From: Candidatus Rokuibacteriota bacterium
GTDB lineage: Bacteria > Methylomirabilota > Methylomirabilia > Rokubacteriales > DASRDR01
Direction of reading: 5' to 3'
DNA: 11,887 nucleotides
NCBI GenBank assembly: GCA_044866005.1
Contig: JBIOTN010000036.1
Location: 1-11,887 of the forward strand
This document shows positions 1 to 7,250 of the stretch, piece by piece. Numbering within the stretch: the first letter of the stretch is position 1; each line of letters begins with the position of its first letter. The notes beneath the pieces were generated by a model, which ran no database searches, was not told the origin of the DNA, and worked only from the letters and a program-made list of their open reading frames with translations. The position numbers were made by a program, and so were the translations under genes.

Positions 1-324
1 CGACTCGACCACCCGGATGCCGTGCGTGCGCGCCATGCGGGCGATGCGCTCCCCGTACACGCCGTTGGCCACGACCAGCATGGCCCGTCCCTCCTCGACC
101 GAGGAGGAGACCGCGGCTTCGAGGGCCGCCGTGCCCGAGCCCGTCAGGAGCACGGGCGTGAAGCCGGACGGCGCGAAGGCCCTGAGCAGGCGCGCCCGGA
201 TGGAGGCCTGGAGGCGGGCGAACTCCTCCTCGCGGTGACAGATGTCGTCCCGGAGCAAGGCGCGCCGAACGCGCTCGGAGATGTTGACCGGTCCGGGGTT
301 GAGCAGGATCGTGCGAGCGGGCAT
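1..324 (-). CDS. phnW: 2-aminoethylphosphonate--pyruvate transaminase (AepZ/PhnW family, class V PLP aminotransferase), N-terminal 108 aa, truncated by the window edge
   Basis: Not in the ORF track. Manual translation from ATG at 324: MPARTILLNPGPVNISERVRRALLRDDICHREEEF...VLLTGSGTAALEAAVSS...LVVANGVYGERIARMARTHGIRVVES. LLNPGP, GSGTAAxEA and NGxYGER are typical AEP-transaminase motifs. SD GGAGG (cctcc at 331-335). Follows ppd in the same orientation. Confidence 0.88.
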   Translation of the reverse strand, partial: MPARTILLNPGPVNISERVRRALLRDDICHREEEFARLQASIRARLLRAFAPSGFTPVLLTGSGTAALEAAVSSSVEEGRAMLVVANGVYGERIARMARTHGIRVVES

Positions 325-345
325 CGGCGTCCTCCGGGCAACCTC

Positions 346-1497
346 TCAGGCGGGCGAGCGAGCGTCGGCGAGGAAGGCCTTGAAGCGCCGGGCGACGTCG
401 GACGGCCCCACCGTGGGGCGGCCGAGATCCGCCTGGGACCCGGGCGCGATGCGGGCGTGGATGAGGTGGGGCCCGGGGCGGGCGATCGCCGCGGCGAAGG
501 CCTCCTCGAAGCCCCGGAGGCCGTCGCAGAGCGCGCCCGTCGCATACCCGCAGGCCAGGGCCACGTCGGCGAACTCGACGCTCGCCGACACGGTCGCCTG
601 CCCGCCCGTGGAATCGTGGACGCCGTTGTCGAGCACGACGTGGACGAGGTTTCCGGGCCCGCGCGCCCCGATGGTGGCCATGGCGCCCATCTTCATGAGC
701 GCCGCGCCGTCGCCGTCGAGCACGACGACCGGTCGCGCGCTGTTCAGGGCCACCCCGAGCCCCATCGGGCTGGCGCAGCCCATGGACCCGACCTGGTAGA
801 GATGCTGCGGGCGGTCGGCGAGCGTGAAGAGCTCGCGCCCGCACTTGCCGGTCGTCGCGATCACCGCCGCCGCGCGCGGCACGCGGGCGAGGAAGCGCTC
901 CAGCACCGCGGCGCGCGTCGGGCGCGGCCCATGCTCGCGCAAGTCGCGCCGCGCCCCCGCCGGTCGGCCCCGCGGCGCCGACTCCTCGAGGCCGTCGTCG
1001 CGGACGGCACCCTTCTCCATCACCAGGGCGAAGGGCAGGCTCGAGCGAGCCATCTCGGCCTCCGCCGCGGCCAGCGCCGCCCCGACCTCGTCCTCCGTCT
1101 TCGGAAAGGCGCGATGGGGAATCCGCATCGTGTCGAGCAGCGTGCCCGTGATCTGCCCCATCAGCTCGTGCTGGGGCTCGTCCTGAAGCCCGGGCTGGCC
1201 GCGCCAGGTGACGATCAGCAGCGTCGGGATGCGGAAGGGGAAGCTCAGCGAGGTCAACGGGTTGACCGCGTTGCCGAGACCGGAGTTCTGGCACAGGACG
1301 ACCGTCCGGCGGCCGGCGAGCCAGGCGCCGGCCGCGATCGCGACCGCCTCCCCCTCGCTCGCGGCCCCCACGTAGTCGATCGCCGGGTCGCTGATGACCC
1401 GGTTGATGATCGGGGTCAGGAACGAGCAGGGGACGCCGGTGTAGAAGGCGAACCCGCGGGCGCGTGCCGGCTGGAGGAAGTCGTCGGCCTTGATCAT
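346..1497 (-). CDS. aepY: Phosphonopyruvate decarboxylase (Ppd/AepY, TPP-dependent)
   Basis: FYTGVPCSFL, ASEGEAVAIAAG, QNSGLGNAVNPLTSL, WRGQPGLQDEPQHELMG, VGSMG, DGDGAALM, LDNGVHDSTGGQ motifs; starts 10 nt after the pepM stop. Confidence 0.95.
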   Translation of the reverse strand: MIKADDFLQPARARGFAFYTGVPCSFLTPIINRVISDPAIDYVGAASEGEAVAIAAGAWLAGRRTVVLCQNSGLGNAVNPLTSLSFPFRIPTLLIVTWRGQPGLQDEPQHELMGQITGTLLDTMRIPHRAFPKTEDEVGAALAAAEAEMARSSLPFALVMEKGAVRDDGLEESAPRGRPAGARRDLREHGPRPTRAAVLERFLARVPRAAAVIATTGKCGRELFTLADRPQHLYQVGSMGCASPMGLGVALNSARPVVVLDGDGAALMKMGAMATIGARGPGNLVHVVLDNGVHDSTGGQATVSASVEFADVALACGYATGALCDGLRGFEEAFAAAIARPGPHLIHARIAPGSQADLGRPTVGPSDVARRFKAFLADARSPA

Positions 1498-1507
1498 CGT
1501 CCGGCGC

Positions 1508-3172
1508 TCACAGGAGGTTGCGCGCCCGGGCCAGGTCGAACGCGTCGTCGACGTCGAGCCAGTTGCCGAGGATGTAGACCACGCCGATCTCGTGCCCGGC
1601 GGCGATCAGGCGCGAGAAGACGTCGAGGAGGCTGGCGCGGGTGAGCGTGCCGTCGGCCCCCATGGCGTCGAGCTCGGCGCGGAGGAGCGCGGCGCCCTGG
1701 GCGGAGAGCTTCGCCAGACCGACCCACTCGCCGTGCGCGTCCTCCGACCCGAGGTCGTTCCCGATCCGGCGCAGGGTGACCGGCCCGTCATCCTCGAGAT
1801 AGTTGCCGGTGAACGGACGGGAGCAGCCGACGAGATCCGAGACGCGCTGGGGGTCGGCGTCGGGCCGGTTCCGACCCAGGGCATCGACCGCCACCACGAT
1901 GTCGCCCTCGGCGGCGAGGAGCATGTCGAGGATGTACCGCCGGAAGAGGATGTCGCCGTAGCTCACGATACAGGGGCCCTCGAGCCGGGCGCGGGCGCAC
2001 GCGAGCGACGCGGCCTCTCCCGTGGTCTCGTAGGCGTCGTTGTCCACCGTCGAGATCGACGGCAGGTCGATCGCCTCCTTCTTGTACCCGCGCACCACCG
2101 TGACATCCCGCACGCCGCAGTCCTGCAGCGTCGAGACGAGCCGGCGGAGCAGCGGCTGGCCTCGGACGTCGATCATGCACTTGGGACGGTCGGCGGTCAG
2201 CAGCCCGAGCGCGGCGCCGCGGGAGGCGGCGATGACGACGGCCCGGCTGGCCGCGGGCGGGGGCGCCAGGTAACGGCGCTCCGCCTCCTCGAGCTCCCAG
2301 TTGCCGGCGAGGACGAACACCTCGCGCACGCTCGCGACCGTGCCTTCGACGCCGACCAGGCTCTCCTCGTCCCGAATCCGACGGCTCACCTCGCGCATCG
2401 CCGTGATGGCCGCGCGCAGGTTGTGATTGGCCCAGATCACCACGGAGATCCCCGCCTGCCGGAACTGCGCGGTCGGTGTCGCGTAGTACATCGTCGGCAC
2501 GATCACGATCGGGCAGCGGTGCGCCCACTCGGCGGCGAAGGCCAGGATCTCGGCCGCCGTCTGGCGCTTCGAGTGGATCAGGATCGCGTCGGCGCCGGCC
2601 GCGTGATAGGCCTCCGCTCGGCGCAGCGCCGCGTCCAGCCCCCACCCCGCGATCAGCGCCTCGACACGGGCCACGATCGAGAAGTCCTCGTCGAGCTGAC
2701 TGTCCTTGCCGGCCTTGATCTTCCCGCAGAATTCGTCGATGTCGGCCAGCGGCTGCCCCTCGCCGAGAAAGGAGTTCGTCTTCGGGAAGAGCTTGTCCTC
2801 GATGCAGACGCCCGCCACGCCGCGCTGGCAGAGCTTCCGGACCAGGCGGCGCACGTTGTTGAAGTTCCCGTAGCCGGTGTCCCCGTCGAGGAGGATGGGG
2901 ATCGACGTCGCATCCGCCATGAACTCGAGGACCTCCAGGACCTGGGTCCAGGACGCCTCGTTGCTGTCGCGGACGCCGAGCGCGGCCGAGGTCGTCAGGC
3001 CCGACGCCCAGATCCCCTTGAAGCCGGCCTCCTCCACGATCTTCGCGGACAGGCCGTTGTGGGCCTCCATGAGGAACGTCAGCTCGGGCGACTGAATCTC
3101 CGCCCGGAGCCGGGCCGCCCTGGACCGCGCCTGCGGATCGCCGGGGGCCGTCTCGCCGAACGTCGCCGGCAT
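1508..3172 (-). CDS. aepX: Phosphoenolpyruvate mutase (PepM/AepX) fused to a C-terminal nucleotidyltransferase (LicC/PntC-like) domain
   Basis: PepM signature [10 protein letters not shown] plus [35 protein letters not shown]-terminal domain VVIAASRG...[15 protein letters not shown]...RGYKKE...SYGDILF...WLDVDD. Start placed at ATG 3172 because of SD GAGGTG (cacctc 3182-3187); the ORF track start at 3274 overlaps the putative -35 box. Confidence 0.95.
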   Translation of the reverse strand: MPATFGETAPGDPQARSRAARLRAEIQSPELTFLMEAHNGLSAKIVEEAGFKGIWASGLTTSAALGVRDSNEASWTQVLEVLEFMADATSIPILLDGDTGYGNFNNVRRLVRKLCQRGVAGVCIEDKLFPKTNSFLGEGQPLADIDEFCGKIKAGKDSQLDEDFSIVARVEALIAGWGLDAALRRAEAYHAAGADAILIHSKRQTAAEILAFAAEWAHRCPIVIVPTMYYATPTAQFRQAGISVVIWANHNLRAAITAMREVSRRIRDEESLVGVEGTVASVREVFVLAGNWELEEAERRYLAPPPAASRAVVIAASRGAALGLLTADRPKCMIDVRGQPLLRRLVSTLQDCGVRDVTVVRGYKKEAIDLPSISTVDNDAYETTGEAASLACARARLEGPCIVSYGDILFRRYILDMLLAAEGDIVVAVDALGRNRPDADPQRVSDLVGCSRPFTGNYLEDDGPVTLRRIGNDLGSEDAHGEWVGLAKLSAQGAALLRAELDAMGADGTLTRASLLDVFSRLIAAGHEIGVVYILGNWLDVDDAFDLARARNLL

Positions 3173-3245
3173 GTCTCGCGTCACCTCTCGTGCTCGGTCG
3201 TGTCCCTGAGTCTCGCCGCGCTCTTCGCGAGCGTCGCGTAGCCGA

Positions 3246-3274
3246 ACTAGACCATCTCTTCCGCGGGGCGTCAA
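3246..3274 (-). promoter_or_regulatory. Putative sigma70-type promoter of the phosphonate operon
   Basis: Minus strand TTGACG (3274-3269), 17-nt spacer ending TGG, then TCTAGT. Good -35; the -10 lacks the conserved A. Confidence 0.35.
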
Positions 3275-3324
3275 GCCGCGAGGGCCGTTCGCCTCGCGCG
3301 GCGCCGGACCGATGGCCCCACAAC

Positions 3325-3333
3325 TGATACCAT
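3325..3333 (+). promoter_or_regulatory. Extended -10 promoter, probably leaderless transcript of udgX
   Basis: TGA-TACCAT (TG 3325-3326, hexamer 3328-3333), then 6 nt, then the GTG start at 3340. Confidence 0.5.
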
Positions 3334-3339
3334 GAGGGG

Positions 3340-4332
3340 GTGAGAGCGGTCGAGATCGCGCCCACCTTCGAGGCCTGGCAGCACGCCGCCCGCGGCCTGC
3401 TCCGCGACGAGGTGCCGCCCGCCGAGGTCGAGTGGCGCGAGGCGCCCTCGACCGCCCCGGCCCCGGAGCCAGCGGTCTCGTCCCCCGTGGCGCGCGTGCC
3501 GCGCCAGTTCATCGAGCTGGCCGGCCAGGTGGCGCGGCTCCGGGACCCGGCGCGCTGGGCGCTCCTCTACGAGCTCCTCTGGCGCCTCGTCCACGAGAAT
3601 CGCGAGCTCCTCGCCGCCGGCACCGATCCCCAGGTGCGCCGGCTCGTCGGCCTGGCCGCCCAGGCGCGCCGCGAGGCGTACCGGGACGAGCTGGACGAGA
3701 TGCGCCGCGTGGAGGAGACCGGCGGCGCCCTCCCCTTCGTCCCCGCGGGCGCCGGGCTCGCGGAGCTCGGCCAGGCGGCGACCCGCTGCACGGGCTGCGA
3801 CCTCCACCGTCACGCCACCCAGATGGTCTTCGGCCGCGGCCCGGCGGACGCCCGGATCGTGCTGGTCGGCGAGCAGCCCGGCGACCAGGAGGACCTGCGC
3901 GGCGCGCCGTTCGTCGGGCCGGCCGGCGAGATCCTCGACCGCGCCCTCGGGGAGGCCGGGCTCGATCGCGCGCGCGTCTACGTGACGAACGCGGTCAAGC
4001 ACTTCAAGTTCGTGACCCGGGGCAAGCGGCGCATCCACCAGACCCCGCGGCTCGCCGAGATCGCCGCCTGTCGCCCCTGGCTCGAGGCGGAGCTGGGACT
4101 GCTCAAGCCGGAGATCCTGGTCTGTCTCGGCGCCACGGCGGCGCGCGCGGTCTTCGGGCCCGACTTCCGGCTCATGCGGGAGCGCGGGCGCTTCCTGGAA
4201 AGCCGCTACAGCCCCAGGACGCTCGCGACGCTGCACCCCTCCGCCGTCCTCCGCGGGCAGGACGAAGCCGAGCAGGCGCGGCTCTACCGCCTGCTGGCGG
4301 ACGACCTCAAGCTCGTGGCCGAGGCGGCCTGA
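3340..4332 (+). CDS. udgX: UdgX-family uracil-DNA binding protein (family-4 UDG fold, Fe-S) with an N-terminal TIGR03915-like segment
   Basis: [30 protein letters not shown]-loop GKRRIH, ACRPWL, LGATA, HPSAVL. N-terminal ~120 aa: [23 protein letters not shown]...RVPRQF...[16 protein letters not shown]...DPQVRRL. Confidence 0.9.
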   Translation: MRAVEIAPTFEAWQHAARGLLRDEVPPAEVEWREAPSTAPAPEPAVSSPVARVPRQFIELAGQVARLRDPARWALLYELLWRLVHENRELLAAGTDPQVRRLVGLAAQARREAYRDELDEMRRVEETGGALPFVPAGAGLAELGQAATRCTGCDLHRHATQMVFGRGPADARIVLVGEQPGDQEDLRGAPFVGPAGEILDRALGEAGLDRARVYVTNAVKHFKFVTRGKRRIHQTPRLAEIAACRPWLEAELGLLKPEILVCLGATAARAVFGPDFRLMRERGRFLESRYSPRTLATLHPSAVLRGQDEAEQARLYRLLADDLKLVAEAA

Positions 4333-4336
4333 GCGG

Positions 4337-4366
4337 CGCCCGACGCCCAGGGCCGTGGCGCGGGCG
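4337..4366. terminator. GC-rich hairpin between convergent udgX and DUF3096 genes
   Basis: CGCCCG-a-CGCC (4337-4347) pairs with GGCG-CGGGCG (4357-4366); no U-tract. Confidence 0.3.
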
Positions 4367-4377
4367 GCGAGCGGCCG

Positions 4378-4515
4378 CTACCGCGCGGTCAAGCCGATCA
4401 GCCCGATCAGGATCAGGTAGACGGCCACGATGTAGTTCAGGAGCCGCGGGATGATCAAGATGAGGATTCCCGCGATCAGCGCCACGAGCGGCTGGATCCC
4501 GATACCGAGCACCAT
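4378..4515 (-). CDS. DUF3096-type small membrane protein (45 aa)
   Basis: Not in the ORF track. MVLGIGIQPLVALIAGILILIIPRLLNYIVAVYLILIGLIGLTAR*. The pattern PLVALIAGILILxxPRLLNYIVAxYLI matches DUF3096. Perfect SD AAGGAGGT (acctcctt 4521-4528). Confidence 0.88.
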   Translation of the reverse strand: MVLGIGIQPLVALIAGILILIIPRLLNYIVAVYLILIGLIGLTAR

Positions 4516-4535
4516 GCTGGACCTCCTTGGAAAAG

Positions 4536-4565
4536 TTGACGTGCCCCCGCGACCGATGCTATGAC
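4536..4565 (+). promoter_or_regulatory. Putative promoter of the transglycosylase-like gene within a compact divergent region
   Basis: TTGACG (4536-4541), 18-nt spacer ending TGC, TATGAC (4560-4565); overlaps a minus-strand TAGCAT (4561-4556). Confidence 0.35.
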
Positions 4566-4587
4566 GGCGAGGTCAAGCCCGGTCGCC

Positions 4588-5385
4588 ATGCCCCCCGTCG
4601 TGATCACCGCCCTCCGATCGCTGCCGCGGGCGTCCCGCCGCCTGCACCGCCGCATCTTTCGGCTCCGCATGAGCCTCCGGCTCGCCGCGACCGCCGTCCT
4701 GCTGCTGGGGCTCTTCTTCGCGGCGAACTGGCTCTACCAGGTGATCCGCAAGCCGGCCGAGCTGCTGGCGCCGCTCGGCGCCGGCCTCGGCAAGACGCCG
4801 CAGGCCACCTGGACCGCCTACGGCGCGCTCTTCCGCGAGCACGCCACGCCGCTGATCACGCCCGACCTGCTGGCCGCGCTCGCCCAGGTCGAGGGGAGCG
4901 GCAACCCGCTCGCCTGGACGGACTGGCGGTGGCAGTGGTCGCCGAATCCCGTCGCGCTCTACCGGCCGGCCTCCTCGGCCGTGGGCATGTTCCAGATGAC
5001 GGACGCCACCTTCGCCGAGGCCCGGCGCTACTGCATCCACGACCACGCCGTCGTCGAAGCCGGCCGCTGGTACGACCTGGGGGCGTGCTGGTTCAACGGC
5101 CTCTACAGCCGGGTCGTCCCGAGCCACGCCATCGAGCTGACGGCGGCCTACCTCCATCGTAGCGTGGAGGAGGCGCTGGAGCGCGCCCGGATGGGGAGCG
5201 CGTCGCTCGAGCAGCGGCGGACGCTGGCGGCGGTGGCGCACCTCTGCGGCAAGCAGCGCGCCGTCGCCGTCGCCCGGCACGGCTTCCGCCCGCGGCCGGG
5301 CGAGCGGTGCGGCGACCACGATCTCGGGCGGTACCTCGACCGCGTGCGCCACCTCCGCCGCGAGTTCGCCCGCCTGGCCGGCTGA
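4588..5385 (+). CDS. Membrane-anchored lytic transglycosylase (SLT)-like protein
   Basis: N-terminal hydrophobic helix (LAATAVLLLGLFFAANWLY), LLAALAQVEGSGNP (catalytic-Glu helix), SSAVGMFQMTDATF (GLMQ-like motif). Start uncertain: ATG at 4561, 4588 or 4669. Confidence 0.75.
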   Translation: MPPVVITALRSLPRASRRLHRRIFRLRMSLRLAATAVLLLGLFFAANWLYQVIRKPAELLAPLGAGLGKTPQATWTAYGALFREHATPLITPDLLAALAQVEGSGNPLAWTDWRWQWSPNPVALYRPASSAVGMFQMTDATFAEARRYCIHDHAVVEAGRWYDLGACWFNGLYSRVVPSHAIELTAAYLHRSVEEALERARMGSASLEQRRTLAAVAHLCGKQRAVAVARHGFRPRPGERCGDHDLGRYLDRVRHLRREFARLAG

Positions 5386-5391
5386 CTCTCT

Positions 5392-5459
5392 TCGGGGGGG
5401 CCTCGGAAGACCCCCCCGAGGCCCCCCCGTTCGCTGCGGCGGCAAGGCCGCCGCTCGGA
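5392..5459 (+). repeat. Intergenic double-hairpin (REP-like) repeat, copy 1
   Basis: TCGGGGGGGCCTCGGAAGACCCCCCCGAGGCCCCCCCGTTCGCTGCGGCGGCAAGGCCGCCGCTCGGA. Perfect 14-bp stem 5393-5406/5416-5429 and 8-bp stem 5436-5443/5447-5454; aligns with 8114-8180. Confidence 0.85.
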
Positions 5460-5547
5460 TGCTGTCCCGCAGGCGCGGAGCCCACGGGGGCCGGCGTCTG
5501 AGCGGCCGCCCGGCGCCGGCCGCCGGACTCGCGCCCCCGAGATGCGG

Positions 5548-5589
5548 TACTATGCAGGGCGCCCGACCATCCCCGGCCAGAGGGAGGAG
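5548..5589 (+). promoter_or_regulatory. Putative -10 box and ribosome-binding site of the TPP-enzyme gene
   Basis: TACTAT at 5548-5553 in GC-rich context; GGGAGGAG at 5582-5589 before GTG 5595. Confidence 0.45.
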
Positions 5590-5594
5590 CAGAG

Positions 5595-7232
5595 GTGAAC
5601 GCAGCCGCGGTCGTCGCCGACATCCTCAAGCGCGAAGGCGTGGAGTTCCTCATCGGCTACCCCGTGAACCCCATCATCGAGGCCGCCGCCGAGGCCGACA
5701 TCCGCACGATCATCGTGCGCCAGGAGCGGACCGGCCTCCACATGGCGGACGCCGTCAGCCGCGTCACCTCGGGCGAGCGCATCGGCGTCTTCGCCATGCA
5801 GCACGGGCCGGGCACGGAGAACTCCTTCGGCGGGGTCGCGCAGGCCTACGGCGACTCGGTGCCGATCGTGGTGCTGCCCGCCGGCTTCCCGCGACGGCTC
5901 CTCAACATCCCGCCGAACTTCAGCTCGTTCCTGAACTACCAGCACGTGACCAAGTGGGCCGAGCAGGTGACGCTGGCCGACGCCGTCCCCGACGCCATGC
6001 GCCGCGCCTTCACCCAGGTGCGGAACGGCCGCCCGCGCCCGGTCCTGATCGAGCTGCCGGTGGACGTCCTCCGCGACCCGGTCCCGGACGGCTGGACCTA
6101 CGCGCCCGCCCCGCGGCTCCGCACGGCGCCGGACCCGCGGGCCGTCGCCCGGGTCGCCGAGGCCCTGGTGAAGGCCGAGCGTCCGGTGATCTACGCGGGC
6201 CAGGGCGTCCACTACGCGCAGGCCTGGCGGCCCCTGCGTGAGCTGGCCGAGCTCCTCGAGGCGCCGGTGACGACGAGCCTCCAGGGCAAGAGCGCGTTCC
6301 CGGAGACCCATCCCCTGTCGCTCGGCTCGGGCGGCCGCTCGATCGGGAAGCCTCTCCACCACTTCCTCACGACCGCCGACCTCATCTTCGGCATCGGCTG
6401 CAGCTTCGCCACGACCAACTACGGGGTCGCCATGCCGAAGGGCACGCCCATCGTCCACGCCACGCTGGACCCCGCCGACATCAACAAGGACCTGCGCGCG
6501 GAGCTGGCCCTGGTCGGCGACGCGGGGCTCACCCTCGAGGCGCTCGTCGCGGAGGTCGGGGACCGCCTGCGGGGCGGCCCGCGCGGCCGCGCCGCGGCCG
6601 TCACCGGGGAGATCAAGCAGCTCAAGAGCGAGTGGCTCGCCCGGTGGATGCCGCGGCTCACCTCCGACGCCACGCCGCTCTCGCCCTACCGCGTGATCTG
6701 GGACCTCATGCACACGGTGGACGTCGCCACCACGATCATCACCCACGACGCCGGGAGCCCGCGCGACCAGATCTCGCCCTTCTGGGAGTCGGTCGCGCCC
6801 CTCACCTACATCGGCTGGGGGAAGACCACGCAGCTCGGCTACGGCCTCGGCCTGGCGATGGGCGCCAAGCTCGCCCACCCCGACAAGCTCTGCGTCAACG
6901 TCTGGGGCGACGCCGCCATCGGCTTCACCGGGATGGATTTCGAGACCGCCGTGCGCGAGCGCATCCCGATCCTCTCCGTGCTCCTCAACAACTTCTCCAT
7001 GGCCATCGAGCTCAAGATCATGAAGGTCGCGACCGAGAAGTACCGCTCCACCGACATCAGCGGCAACTACGCCGACTTCGCCCGCGCGCTCGGCGGCTGG
7101 GGCGAGCGGGTGACCGAGCCCGGCGCCATCGTGCCCGCCGTCAAGCGCGCCATCGCCAAGACGCGCGAGGGCACGCCGGCCCTCCTCGAGTTCATCACCG
7201 AGAAGGCGACGGACTTCTCGATCTTTCCCTAG
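5595..7232 (+). CDS. Thiamine pyrophosphate-requiring enzyme (acetolactate-synthase-like superfamily, PRK06154-like), substrate unknown
   Basis: ILKREGVEFLIGYP, RQERTGLHMADA (catalytic Glu), HGPG, AYGDSVP, RPVLIELPVDV, AERPVIYAGQGV, TPP motif WGDAAIGF...LLNN; strong SD. Confidence 0.9.
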   Translation: MNAAAVVADILKREGVEFLIGYPVNPIIEAAAEADIRTIIVRQERTGLHMADAVSRVTSGERIGVFAMQHGPGTENSFGGVAQAYGDSVPIVVLPAGFPRRLLNIPPNFSSFLNYQHVTKWAEQVTLADAVPDAMRRAFTQVRNGRPRPVLIELPVDVLRDPVPDGWTYAPAPRLRTAPDPRAVARVAEALVKAERPVIYAGQGVHYAQAWRPLRELAELLEAPVTTSLQGKSAFPETHPLSLGSGGRSIGKPLHHFLTTADLIFGIGCSFATTNYGVAMPKGTPIVHATLDPADINKDLRAELALVGDAGLTLEALVAEVGDRLRGGPRGRAAAVTGEIKQLKSEWLARWMPRLTSDATPLSPYRVIWDLMHTVDVATTIITHDAGSPRDQISPFWESVAPLTYIGWGKTTQLGYGLGLAMGAKLAHPDKLCVNVWGDAAIGFTGMDFETAVRERIPILSVLLNNFSMAIELKIMKVATEKYRSTDISGNYADFARALGGWGERVTEPGAIVPAVKRAIAKTREGTPALLEFITEKATDFSIFP

Positions 7233-7250
7233 TCCGGCAGGACGGCTGGC

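Noticed and set aside
22..3241. Long plus-strand ORFs 22..1644 and 1490..3241 and the alternate-frame ORF 1788..3512
   Set aside because: Antisense or frame shadows of ppd and pepM caused by high-GC codon bias; no recognisable motifs.
3173..3274. 34-aa N-terminal extension of PepM from TTG 3274
   Set aside because: That TTG is part of the TTGACG -35-like box; a proper SD precedes ATG 3172.
3271..4454. ORFs 3271..4236 (-) and 3432..4454 (+)
   Set aside because: Overlap udgX, which has the diagnostic motifs; low-complexity Arg/Pro/Gly products.
5595..7232. Calling the TPP enzyme ilvB or a second phosphonopyruvate decarboxylase
   Set aside because: No regulatory-subunit gene nearby and none of the Ppd motifs (GVPCS, DEPQH); left without a symbol.
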